A stretch of 64,000 nt of DNA from Candidatus Saccharimonadia bacterium (GTDB lineage: Bacteria; Patescibacteriota; Saccharimonadia; UBA4664). A program made the position numbers and the translations under genes. The stretch is from NCBI GenBank assembly GCA_041743505.1, contig JBGTMQ010000021.1:64521-128520 (forward strand), in the 5' to 3' direction. Under the pieces are notes generated by a model, which saw nothing but the letters and a program-made list of their open reading frames with translations, searched no databases and was not told the DNA's origin. Positions 19,462 through 28,457 of the stretch are shown here, piece by piece. Each line of letters starts with the position of its first letter. The first letter of the stretch is position 1.

Positions 19462-20313
19462 ATGCGGTCATTACGACTTGTACCCCCCTTGCCGCCCGGT
19501 ATTAAGGGTGATGAGGGGATGATCGGCCAGAACTCGATTGTTTGGAGGATTGCGCGGGATAAACGGGTGATCCTGGGTGGTCCCAGCGCCCTACTCCTGC
19601 AAGTCGCCCACCCGATGGTGGCGGCGGGCGTGGCCGACCATAGTACCTTTGAGCGAGATCCACTAAAACGCCTCATTGGCACGCTTCACGCCACGCTCGT
19701 CACGACGTTTGGCGACAGCAAGCAGGCGGCCGCCGCCGCCCGAGCCGTCCGTGAGGTGCACCGGCGCATTCATGGTCCCCTTGATAAGACACGCGGCGCC
19801 TGGCAGGCCGGCAGCTACTACAGTGCTTTTAGCCCGGACTTGTGCCTTTGGGTCTACGCTACGCTAGTGCAGCTGGCGCTCGACTCCTACAGCGAATTTG
19901 TACGAGAGCTGAGCTTTGAGGAGCGAGAAAGGTATTACCACGAGAGCGCGCCTTTTGGTGAGTTGTTTGGGGTGACATCGCAGGTCCGGCCAAGTGATTA
20001 TGGCGACTTTCTCGGGTATTACCACACGATGCTCGAGCAGCTGGTGGTAGACGAGCGTGCCAAGCAGATAGCCCAGTCGATATTTGACGCCAAGCTCTAC
20101 GGCATACCAGTCTCGCCATTGGGCCAAGTGTTTGCGGCCGGGCTGCTGCCGGCGCCAATCCGGCAAGCCTATGGGCTGAACTGGGGTTGGGCCACGCGGG
20201 TGGCTTGGCAGACTTGCCGCCTCAAGGCTCGCCTGGCCGGCAATTTGGCGCCGGCGCGTTGGCTGCACTGGCAGCATTATCACATGGCTCAGGCAAGGGT
20301 CGTGGCAGATTAA
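19462..20313 (+). CDS. MpaB/DUF2236-family oxygenase-like protein
   Basis: LLLQVAHPMVAAGVADHSTFERDPLKRLIGTLHATLVTTFG...VREVHRRIHGPL matches the DUF2236 core. Start at MRSLRL, or 19348. Confidence 0.6.
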   Translation: MRSLRLVPPLPPGIKGDEGMIGQNSIVWRIARDKRVILGGPSALLLQVAHPMVAAGVADHSTFERDPLKRLIGTLHATLVTTFGDSKQAAAAARAVREVHRRIHGPLDKTRGAWQAGSYYSAFSPDLCLWVYATLVQLALDSYSEFVRELSFEERERYYHESAPFGELFGVTSQVRPSDYGDFLGYYHTMLEQLVVDERAKQIAQSIFDAKLYGIPVSPLGQVFAAGLLPAPIRQAYGLNWGWATRVAWQTCRLKARLAGNLAPARWLHWQHYHMAQARVVAD

Positions 20314-20423
20314 TCGCCCCCGATGAAGCCCCCAACATGGTTTTGTCGGGGGCTTCGTTTACGGTCTATAATAGAATCGCCTGGCAAAGATGTCCCTCAC
20401 CGACTGAACCGGAGGTTTCAACG

Positions 20424-20885
20424 ATGTTACGGCGTGCGGCAGGATTGCTGGCCATTTTGTCGTTTGTACTCATTGCGGGTTGTGGAAGTAATACCCCGGC
20501 GCCAGCGGGCCCCGCTGCAGTCAAGCCCGAAACTACCCTGACTCTCAACGGTAAAACCTATACCTGCGAGTCCGTGGCCGGAGTAGCGGAGGGTGAGGGC
20601 AGCTGCTCGGCTGAGGCCCAGGATACGTTTGACCTCTACAAAGGTAATATTGACAGTTATGTCAATGGCGGGCGGCTCGGTAAACTCGGTGAAGAGCCAT
20701 TCACCCTCGAGGATCGCGCCTATGCTGGACTTGCGGCGTGTGCCCATCAGAAGCGCAGCCAGAGCCAGCAGGACTTTGTCGCCTTTATGCTGAGCGAGGA
20801 GGCGTTCAAGAACCTCTCGCCTGGCGACCTAACGCCGGCCTGGTCCGAGGCGAGTAAGAGTCTATGCAATGGCTACCCGGACTAG
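20424..20885 (+). CDS. DUF732-like lipoprotein (paralog 1)
   Basis: Lipobox LIAGCGS. 4 conserved Cys shared with the paralog at 21051. Confidence 0.6.
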   Translation: MLRRAAGLLAILSFVLIAGCGSNTPAPAGPAAVKPETTLTLNGKTYTCESVAGVAEGEGSCSAEAQDTFDLYKGNIDSYVNGGRLGKLGEEPFTLEDRAYAGLAACAHQKRSQSQQDFVAFMLSEEAFKNLSPGDLTPAWSEASKSLCNGYPD

Positions 20886-21050
20886 ACAGCCAGGGTAATA
20901 AGGCTGCGAGGTGGACATCATGCACCACTTCGCAGCCTTTCTAACGCCTCTACTAATTTCTGCGTGGGATGGCGTGCCAAATTATAAATATTATGCTATC
21001 ATGTCTTAACCTTGGCAAGAAAATGTTCCTTTCCGCTTTGGAGGTTTAAC

Positions 21051-21566
21051 ATGAGAGTGCAGTATCTGGCGGGACTATTGGCTGCCGTGGCAATCCTTGT
21101 GGCGGGCTGTGGAAGTGGTCAAACCGTGGCGGTGGGAGCGCCGAATACGGGCCCAACAACAGCATCACCGGGAAAAGCGGCACTCAATTTGCCCCGGAAT
21201 CCTAGCTCGACTGTTACCATCGACGGCCAGGTTTATATTTGCGAGACTGTCACCGGTATCAATAATGGTAACTGCTCCGTGGAAGCCCAGCAGGTGTTCG
21301 ACTCGCACAAGGACGATATTGACCCATACGTCAATAGTGGCCGGCTCGGAGAGCTCAGCGACTACCGGTATTCAATTCAGGATGCCGCCTATGTTGGCAT
21401 CGGGTCTTGCGCTTATCATATGCGCGGTCAGAGCATAGAGGTATTTATCGCCTTTTTAAGAAAGGAGCCAACTTTTAAGGATGTTCCTGATGAAGACATA
21501 AGGCTAGCCGGACGGGAGGCACAAAAGATGTTATGTCCGGCCGGCACCGGCCAGAATACCGTGTGA
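21051..21566 (+). CDS. DUF732-like lipoprotein (paralog 2)
   Basis: Lipobox LVAGCGS. Clear paralogy with 20424..20885 (TIDGQVYICETV / TLNGKTYTCESV, etc.). Confidence 0.6.
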   Translation: MRVQYLAGLLAAVAILVAGCGSGQTVAVGAPNTGPTTASPGKAALNLPRNPSSTVTIDGQVYICETVTGINNGNCSVEAQQVFDSHKDDIDPYVNSGRLGELSDYRYSIQDAAYVGIGSCAYHMRGQSIEVFIAFLRKEPTFKDVPDEDIRLAGREAQKMLCPAGTGQNTV

Positions 21567-21574
21567 CTTAGCAC

Positions 21575-21665
21575 GAGTTACTGCGGCGAGGTAGCGCTAA
21601 ATGCGCTCTTCGCCGCTTTTTTTAATAGTAAAACGCCCGCCGGCACAAGGCCGGGGGCGTTATTG
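21575..21665. terminator. Tandem hairpins: GGCGAGGTAGCGC-taaat-GCGCTCTTCGCC+T7 (+ strand) and AACGCCCGCCGGC...GCCGGGGGCGTT (minus strand)
   Basis: Convergent terminators between the lipoprotein gene (+) and the small membrane gene (-). Confidence 0.55.
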
Positions 21666-21701
21666 GAGTGGACGGGGATTGAGCGGGCTCGTGCCGTCGG
21701 G

Positions 21702-21941
21702 CTAGTGATGCCTGGCCAGGTTGTACAGCTTCGCAACCCTGCGGGTGGCGAGGCCAATGAGAAGGGTCAGGCCTCCGACTGCCACACCGCTGGCGAAGAT
21801 GAAGTCGTCGCTAACCCAGGGCAGGTTGATGATACGCGAGGCCATCAGGCTACTCAGGACGCCGGCGATGATCAGGGTGACCCCGCCGATAATGAGGCAA
21901 ACGGCGGGCCAGGCTGGCTCGTGCGTACGGGCAGTGCTCAC
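21702..21941 (-). CDS. Small 2-TM membrane protein (79 aa, GTG start)
   Basis: AGGAG RBS 8 nt upstream of GTG. Confidence 0.45.
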   Translation of the reverse strand: MSTARTHEPAWPAVCLIIGGVTLIIAGVLSSLMASRIINLPWVSDDFIFASGVAVGGLTLLIGLATRRVAKLYNLARHH

Positions 21942-22078
21942 TGCGTCACACTCCTAAGGTACGATCTCGTATGATGAGAGCTTATACTCATTATAACACT
22001 TAATGATTCATAATGCAAGTTTTATTCATAGCGCAGTGAGTCGATGGGGCTTTGGCGGGCGGCGCGGTAGGTGGATTA

Positions 22079-22348
22079 CTAGTGTCTACTCTGCTTTTTT
22101 TGTAACTTTGTTTCGAATAAGAGATCGGCTAGGAATACAAAGAGCATAAAGCCCAAGACGCTCATAATGCTTTCGAGAAGGCTGTTGCCACGCCAATATA
22201 GTACCGCGAGCAATAGAAGTGCAGCGAGGCCGAGAACTAACCAAAAAATATGGATTTTGCCCTTTTGTCTCGCATATGATGCCGCGAGAATGAGGCAGAC
22301 AATTGGTAGGCCGATCAATAAGTCTACTAAATAATTCATAAATATCAT
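22079..22348 (-). CDS. Small 3-TM membrane protein (89 aa) in a lower-GC stretch
   Basis: Hydrophobic. AT-skewed codon usage relative to its neighbours. Confidence 0.4.
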   Translation of the reverse strand: MIFMNYLVDLLIGLPIVCLILAASYARQKGKIHIFWLVLGLAALLLLAVLYWRGNSLLESIMSVLGFMLFVFLADLLFETKLQKKQSRH

Positions 22349-22635
22349 TATACTCAGAATCGATCAATCCTTTAATTTAAGACTGCTTACGGTCTGTTTC
22401 TCCGGTGACTGCGACTTTTTATCAATTTTAGTGCGCTTCTTGTGCGCCTCAATAAGCTGCAATATGAAGAACCACCCGAGGAAGAATACGAGTATACCAA
22501 TCAGGGGCTCAAGCATATGTCATCAACATAGATTACTTGCATATAGGAGACGCGAAAGATGTTTACTATTGCTTTTCGCAATGTCCACCGGTATTTCATA
22601 ACTATGGCCGCTGCCTTGGCTTGTGAGTAGCTAGA

Positions 22636-22878
22636 CTACTCAGAATCTTTACCAGCCTTGCCTTTGCCATATATCGCTTTATGCGTACGCCACATTAGGT
22701 AAGCTATTCCAAAACTGATTAGAGGAGTGACTACCTGCTGGAAGAACTGAGAGCCACTAGTATATGCGCCTGCAAATATAACGAGAAGCAGGTCAATAAA
22801 GAAGGCCAATACAAAGATAGAGGCAATTGTTGTTACCACTGTCCGCAAATTAAGCGTGCGCTTTGTCATACTTCTCAT
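22636..22878 (-). CDS. Small 2-TM membrane protein (80 aa)
   Basis: Hydrophobic. Same lower-GC stretch. Confidence 0.4.
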   Translation of the reverse strand: MRSMTKRTLNLRTVVTTIASIFVLAFFIDLLLVIFAGAYTSGSQFFQQVVTPLISFGIAYLMWRTHKAIYGKGKAGKDSE

Positions 22879-22960
22879 CTACAGTTATCAGCTTTCAGTA
22901 TACATTATGATCGAAAATAATTGTCGCCCGCGAAAGATGTAATCGCGGGCGACCTGGTGC

Positions 22961-23305
22961 TTACGAGACGCAGTACCAGCTGTTTGGGCCGTACCCAATT
23001 ATTTCGGCGTGGGTACCTGGATGGATAGCATGACAGTAGCCGTTCATATCGGGTCTACCCTCAGATCCAAACAGCGGGACGATAAATGGAAACGAGCCGC
23101 TAAGATCAGTACACATCCAGCCATATGGCCCTGCGTTCCAGTTTGTTGCGGAGAAGTGGCCCTGTCTCTGGCAAGCCAGAACTGCATCCGCCCGGCCTCG
23201 AACCGGAGAACTGTTTTTCCCTGAGGCTGCAACTGGCGTAGCGGTACCTATAGTCGTTGATGCCATGGCTGGTGCGGCAGATACTCCTAACACACTGAGT
23301 ACCAA
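22961..23305 (-). CDS. Secreted 4-Cys small protein. The signal peptide appears to extend upstream of the annotated TTG start.
   Basis: The in-frame upstream sequence reads KTGEGTAAQRLFSRVAVIATLVLSVLGVSAAPAMA|STT (n-region, h-region, AXA). The mature part has 4 Cys. AGGAGG sits upstream but no canonical start codon is at the right distance. Confidence 0.4.
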   Translation of the reverse strand: MVLSVLGVSAAPAMASTTIGTATPVAASGKNSSPVRGRADAVLACQRQGHFSATNWNAGPYGWMCTDLSGSFPFIVPLFGSEGRPDMNGYCHAIHPGTHAEIIGYGPNSWYCVS

Positions 23306-23535
23306 TGTCGCAATTACAGCGACGCGCGAGAACAGGCGTTGCGCCGCCGTACCTTCACCGGTCTTCAGACCGGGTGTGACTGACGTCTTCTCCTCCTAGG
23401 GGCTGGAAAGCTGAGATGTACCCTGTAAGAACCTGATGATCTGACAGTGAGGCGATTATAAGGACGGTCTGAGTAATTGGTCAAGCATAGTCGAGATGGT
23501 GTGGGTTGATACTCCGCGGAAGCCTATTTATGGGC

Positions 23536-24831
23536 TTACTCGTAGCGGAGTGAGTCGATGGGGCTTTGACGGGCGGCGCGGTAGGCCGGGAGGGTGCCGG
23601 CTAAAAAGGCGATGGCCATGACAAGTCCGATGATGGCAGCGATGGAGGTTAGCGGGAAGGATAACAATTGCAGGCCGACGAGGTCCTTGAGAAAGTTTTT
23701 CGAGACGACATCATTAATGACCTGGCCGGCGAGAATGGCTGTGCCGGCGCCGAGGAGACTGCCCCAGAACCCCAGCATCACGGCCTCGGTGCTAAACAGT
23801 AGGAAGATGCGGCCGCCGCCCATGCCCATGGCTTTCATGAGGCCGATTTCTTTGGTGCGCTCTTGCACCGACATGAGGAGCGTGTTGATGATGCCAAAGC
23901 TGGCCGCCAGTAGGGCGATGATGGCGAAGGCGTCCAAGGCCAGGATGATACCATTGATAACTTGTTTGAAGCTGCCGATTTGGTCGACAAAGGTAGTGGC
24001 TTCGTAGCCGTCTTTTTTGAGGGCCTCCTTGAGCGCGGTGACTTGCTGCTCTGTTGAGTTGCCGTCAAACTTGGCGATGAGCATTTGGTAGCTGTTGATG
24101 GCAGACGGGGGCAGCCCGATGGTTTGGGCTTTAAATATGGCACTGGTGAGGGTTGAATTGGTATTCATGCCCCCGGAGTTGGTTAGACCCTTTTGCTGCA
24201 CCCCTTTGAGGGTGGTTTTAATTTCATGCTGCTTGCCGGTACCATCAGTGACACCGATCCTAACCTCCTGGCCGACGACAGCTTGGTTGCTTGAGTAACC
24301 AAGTACTGATACGTACTCAACCGGTAGAAGCGCTTGATGCTCGCTGGCGGAGTTGCTGAGCTGGCTGCCCGAGGCCAGGTCAATATTGGTGCCGGTAATG
24401 TAGGGGCCGGCCGACATCTGATACTTCTTGCCATTAGCACCGACGATATAATCCGGCGTTATTATCAGGTTTGGTTCGACGCTTTTGATACCGGAAACTT
24501 TCTTAATTTTGGCGACATCAGCGTTGGTCAAGACGGTGGTAGTGGTGCCGAAGGCTGTAGCTGAAACTTTTTTGGCCGGGTCATAGGCCTTGGGGTCGCC
24601 GCCACCTCCTGGTCCGCCATCGTTGCTACCGGCGGCTTGGATTATCATGACGTCTTTGGCGCCAAGGTTTTCGACCTGCTTATCGATGTAGCTGGATATG
24701 CCGGTACCGAGTCCACTGGTCAGCGTGAGGGTAAAGGCGCCAATAAAAATGGCCAGGATGGTGAGGACGGTCCGCAGTTTGCTGCGGAACATGTTGCTAG
24801 AGGCAGTGGTGAGAATATCGATGAGTCTCAT
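23536..24831 (-). CDS. MacB/FtsX-type ABC transporter permease with large extracytoplasmic domain
   Basis: N-terminal TM, ~250-aa periplasmic domain, C-terminal FtsX 3-TM bundle. 4-nt overlap with the ATPase gene. Confidence 0.8.
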   Translation of the reverse strand: MRLIDILTTASSNMFRSKLRTVLTILAIFIGAFTLTLTSGLGTGISSYIDKQVENLGAKDVMIIQAAGSNDGGPGGGGDPKAYDPAKKVSATAFGTTTTVLTNADVAKIKKVSGIKSVEPNLIITPDYIVGANGKKYQMSAGPYITGTNIDLASGSQLSNSASEHQALLPVEYVSVLGYSSNQAVVGQEVRIGVTDGTGKQHEIKTTLKGVQQKGLTNSGGMNTNSTLTSAIFKAQTIGLPPSAINSYQMLIAKFDGNSTEQQVTALKEALKKDGYEATTFVDQIGSFKQVINGIILALDAFAIIALLAASFGIINTLLMSVQERTKEIGLMKAMGMGGGRIFLLFSTEAVMLGFWGSLLGAGTAILAGQVINDVVSKNFLKDLVGLQLLSFPLTSIAAIIGLVMAIAFLAGTLPAYRAARQSPIDSLRYE

Positions 24832-25622
24832 AGGTGGACCAATCTTTTGGTGGGTGTGGCAGGGGGCTGAGGCTTAACACGAGGTGCAGGGGGTTGAGTG
24901 TCCGTGGGAGCATCGGGATGTACAGGTGGGCGGGTGGCAGGTCGGGCGGGTACATAAATTGCGCCGTCCTTGATGTAGATTTGCCGGTGGCAGCGCCGGG
25001 CCAGTTCCTCGTCGTGGGTCACCAGGATAAGGGTGATGCCTTGATCTTTATTGAGCGAAAAAATCAGGTCCTCGATCCTCTGGCCGGTGGTGCTGTCGAG
25101 ATTGCCGGTCGGCTCATCGGCGAAGATGATCTGGGGTTGATTGATGAGGGCCCGGGCGATGACGACGCGCTGCTTCTGGCCGCCGCTGAGGTCACTGGCT
25201 TTGTTGCGCGCCTTGTCCTCCAGCTCGACTTGACGCAACGCCTCAAGGCCGCGGCGCTTACGTTCTCCGCTGTGGACGCCGGCGATTTTGAGCGGCAAAA
25301 TGACGTTTTCGAGCACGCTGGTGTTGGCGTTTAGAAAGAATTGTTGGAAGACGAAGCCGAAGGTTTTATTGCGGAGCAGATTGAGGTTCCGGCCCGACAG
25401 CTTGCCGGCGTCTTGACCGGCCACACTGATGATGCCGCTGGTAGGTTTGTCGAGCAGCGCTAAAAGATGCATGAGGGTGGATTTACCCGAGCCACTTTTG
25501 CCTAGAATGGCCACGCTTTCACCTTTGGCGACGGTCAGCGTTACATTTTGCAAGGCGGTAAACAAGTTGCCGCCTTTGCCGTAGGTTTTGGTGAGAGCCT
25601 GGGTTTCGAGGATAGCGTTCAT
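24828..25622 (-). CDS. ABC transporter ATP-binding protein (MacB/LolD-like) with Pro-rich C-tail
   Basis: Walker A GKSGSGKST, signature LSGGQKQRV, Walker B IIFADEPTGNLD. Confidence 0.85.
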   Translation of the reverse strand: MNAILETQALTKTYGKGGNLFTALQNVTLTVAKGESVAILGKSGSGKSTLMHLLALLDKPTSGIISVAGQDAGKLSGRNLNLLRNKTFGFVFQQFFLNANTSVLENVILPLKIAGVHSGERKRRGLEALRQVELEDKARNKASDLSGGQKQRVVIARALINQPQIIFADEPTGNLDSTTGQRIEDLIFSLNKDQGITLILVTHDEELARRCHRQIYIKDGAIYVPARPATRPPVHPDAPTDTQPPAPRVKPQPPATPTKRLVHL

Positions 25623-25746
25623 ATTGATCTCGCTGTTGAACTTTACTGGCGGCTGCTTAGGTAAGACTGAATTACTGACTGGTGTTATACATATGGATAG
25701 TATAGCGAGGTTAGATGCTCACCGATACATAACACCCGGTTTTACA

Positions 25747-26091
25747 TTATGGTAGCTGAATTAGCCCGACTATATTTTCATCGGCATCTTTTACGGAAGC
25801 CATTAATAGGCCACCGCCCATGTCCTTAACGTCTTGGTTAGCTCTTGCACCAGAGTGTAGGCATAACTGTAAGCTTTCTTTAATATCGCTGACCTGCCAA
25901 TAACTAACGGGGCCTGTCATTCCTTCGTGGTGGCCGCTGGGGTCCAGACCAATTTCTTGATCTCCAACTTTGAACCCGACATAAAAAGGTTCATCAAAAT
26001 AGGGCTCTGCCCCTAGGAGCTTGCTATAAAGTGCTTTTGCCTGAGTTAGGTTTTTAACCGGATAGATGGTTGATTTGATGCCTTGAACCAT
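25747..26091 (-). CDS. VOC/glyoxalase-bleomycin-resistance family protein
   Basis: 114 aa with a VOC-like beta-alpha-beta-beta-beta pattern. Confidence 0.5.
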   Translation of the reverse strand: MVQGIKSTIYPVKNLTQAKALYSKLLGAEPYFDEPFYVGFKVGDQEIGLDPSGHHEGMTGPVSYWQVSDIKESLQLCLHSGARANQDVKDMGGGLLMASVKDADENIVGLIQLP

Positions 26092-26104
26092 AATAACGCC
26101 TCAA

Positions 26105-26383
26105 TTAGTTTGCTGTATCTTTCCAATTCCACCACAATAATTTGTCTGGCTCTGGATTGGTCGTACTAGCATAATATACTGCACATCGAAACACGTATAA
26201 AACGCAGCGGTCGACATACGTTCCGCAGGCAGCCATGAGCCGCTTATACATTATTTCTGGATCTTGTCCTTGTAAGTCTAATGGCTTTTCATAGCCTAAC
26301 GATTGGAGATCTTGGGCAATGGATGGGCCGACACCGGGTATGTCGGTTAAGGATTGAGCTTGTGCAATTGGGATGGATTTCAT
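26105..26383 (-). CDS. Helix-hairpin-helix (Cdd1-like) small protein
   Basis: SLTDIPGVGPSIAQDLQSLG HhH motif. The start at MKSIPIAQ gives a 4-nt overlap with the upstream gene. Confidence 0.45.
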   Translation of the reverse strand: MKSIPIAQAQSLTDIPGVGPSIAQDLQSLGYEKPLDLQGQDPEIMYKRLMAACGTYVDRCVLYVFRCAVYYASTTNPEPDKLLWWNWKDTAN

Positions 26384-27624
26384 GCTAGGTAATCGGTCCA
26401 CATAAACAAATAAGTGGCGTAGGCGCTCATGGCAATTGAGACTAGCCAAAGCCCGGTTTCGAGCTTGGTAGCGCGGTTAGGTAAATATTCGACCAGCAGG
26501 ACGAGGAACCAGGGCAAGAGGATCATGGCGTAGCGGTAAGAGTATTGCCAGCCGCCGGGATTGCCATGGACCCAGAGAGAGAATGTGAGTATGACAATGG
26601 CGGTCCAGGCTAGTGAGATGCGTAATATATCGCCCTTTGGCTTGCGGATCAGGAGCAGCAGGAACGGGCTGGCCAGCAGGATGGAGCCGCCCCAGCCGGT
26701 TGGTACCAGGTGTGGCCACTGCTGGATCTGTTTCCAGCCGGCCCAGAGCATTTGATGGGCGTTTTCGCCGATGGCTGAGAGCGAGAAAATGCCCTGCTGG
26801 TACCATGGCTCATCGAGGACGCCGGGGATGCGGGCGTAACCAAAGTCGAAGATGGAGCCGAAGCGGGCCTGGTTGTAAGCTAGTGTGGCCAAGCCGAGCA
26901 TAACGGGCGCCAGGCAGAATTGGATGATGGTGGAGCGGCTTTCTTCGAGGAAGTGGGCCCAGGAGCGGGTGCCATGCCAGTACGGGCGGAGGAGAAAGGC
27001 TAGAATAATGGGCGAAATAAGGATGACCTCGGTGCGGTTGCCGAAGGCTACGGCTAGAGCCAGGCCGGCCCAAAATGGCCGCCGGTGCACCACACTCCAA
27101 TACAGGGCCGCCAGCTGGCCGAGTACGGCAAAGCCTAAGGCCAGCTGCCAGGCGCCGGCAAATAGCAGATTGGTCATAAACCAGGTCCCGGCGACCAGCC
27201 AAAGGGCCAGCATTGCGCGCTTCTCGGGTGTCAGCTGCGGGCGGAGGCGAGTGTATAGGTAGGCGAATCCGGCGCATCCGGCCGCCAGCAAGCCGACGAG
27301 TAGATTGACAGGATAATCACGGATGATACCCAGCGAGACGAGGGTGCTGAGCGGCCAGACAGATAGAACAGAGCCGAGCGGGAAAACCGAGTAATACAGC
27401 CCGCCGGACATGGGTACCAGTTCGTTGAGCCATGTGGGCGCCTCGGTGACACCGAGATGGCCTTGCAGAAGGGCCGTGGCGATAACAAACGTGTAGTTGA
27501 GGGCTTGGTAGTAGGTTTTTTGGGCCAGGAGCCAGAAGACGGCGCCGATGAACAAAGTTAAGCCAAGGCCGAGCCAGAGGTTGATACCGCTTGACCCTAG
27601 CGGTTCTGATTTATGCATAGCCAT
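26380..27624 (-). CDS. Polytopic membrane glycosyltransferase (GT-C fold, ArnT/PMT-like), tentative
   Basis: About 12 TM helices with loop motifs typical of GT-C mannosyl/arabinosyltransferases. Confidence 0.5.
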   Translation of the reverse strand: MAMHKSEPLGSSGINLWLGLGLTLFIGAVFWLLAQKTYYQALNYTFVIATALLQGHLGVTEAPTWLNELVPMSGGLYYSVFPLGSVLSVWPLSTLVSLGIIRDYPVNLLVGLLAAGCAGFAYLYTRLRPQLTPEKRAMLALWLVAGTWFMTNLLFAGAWQLALGFAVLGQLAALYWSVVHRRPFWAGLALAVAFGNRTEVILISPIILAFLLRPYWHGTRSWAHFLEESRSTIIQFCLAPVMLGLATLAYNQARFGSIFDFGYARIPGVLDEPWYQQGIFSLSAIGENAHQMLWAGWKQIQQWPHLVPTGWGGSILLASPFLLLLIRKPKGDILRISLAWTAIVILTFSLWVHGNPGGWQYSYRYAMILLPWFLVLLVEYLPNRATKLETGLWLVSIAMSAYATYLFMWTDYLA

Positions 27625-27729
27625 GTTGGGAATATTATACTATGGGAGGATAAGGTCCGGCTTCTGTTTGCGCAAAATGCCCTCGCCGGTCAGACCGGCG
27701 AGGGTTGGTGTTGGCGCTTATGCGCTACA

Positions 27730-28356
27730 TCAGGGCCAATTAGACGCGGGCGTCATGGTTAGTGCAGCGACGGCGGCAAGAGCATCCTGGTACTCCTGGC
27801 CGGGCGCGTTTGAGGGGTTATACCAGCCGTGGCTGGCTTTGGTTCGCTGATCGGCCAGCCAGTCGTCGCGCCGGTGGCGAATGGGGTCATAAAAGTCTTT
27901 GAGCATGCCGTAGACCATGTCGCGATCCTGCTTAGCAGACAGTCCGCTACCTCCGCCAATAGCCCGACGGTACTCGGCGCTATTACCCCAGGCGAAGTCG
28001 TTATTGCCGAGGCAGTGGCTGGCCTCTTTGACCAATTCGCCATTTGGCAGACCGTGACGGTCGTGGGCATCGGCCTTAGCTAGCCCGTTGGGCAGGAATT
28101 TGGCGCCGTTTGGACCGAGCTCGATGGTGGCTAGGATCCGATCGGCCAGACATGTTACATGGCGCGGGCGGGTGGGATCAAAAAATACAGCACCAAATGA
28201 GTCACGGCCGTCCTCTACCTCCCCCGCTACAATCATGCCTTGGAGCCGGCCATCGGCTTTGACGGCCGCAGCCCTCATGATTAGCAAAATATCTTTGTTG
28301 CTGAGCGTGTGGCGCCAGGGGTTACGGTAGAGCTTCACAACAGGCGGCGGCCTCAT
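27730..28356 (-). CDS. Hypothetical protein (208 aa) with GGGSG...Q motif
   Basis: No confident family. Weak resemblance to macro/PARG-like GGG-x6-Q signatures only. Confidence 0.45.
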   Translation of the reverse strand: MRPPPVVKLYRNPWRHTLSNKDILLIMRAAAVKADGRLQGMIVAGEVEDGRDSFGAVFFDPTRPRHVTCLADRILATIELGPNGAKFLPNGLAKADAHDRHGLPNGELVKEASHCLGNNDFAWGNSAEYRRAIGGGSGLSAKQDRDMVYGMLKDFYDPIRHRRDDWLADQRTKASHGWYNPSNAPGQEYQDALAAVAALTMTPASNWP

Positions 28357-28457
28357 TGCTCCTCCTTGTACTCAGGTCCGGGGTCTTTTCCCTTGGACAA
28401 GTTATTTTCTTATACACCTCCGTTGTTTGGGCGTCAATGAGTGGAATGCTCGGAAGA

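Noticed and set aside
26384-26449. Longer form of the HhH gene (start 26449)
   Set aside because: It would overlap the upstream glycosyltransferase gene by 70 nt. The internal start gives a typical 4-nt coupling overlap.
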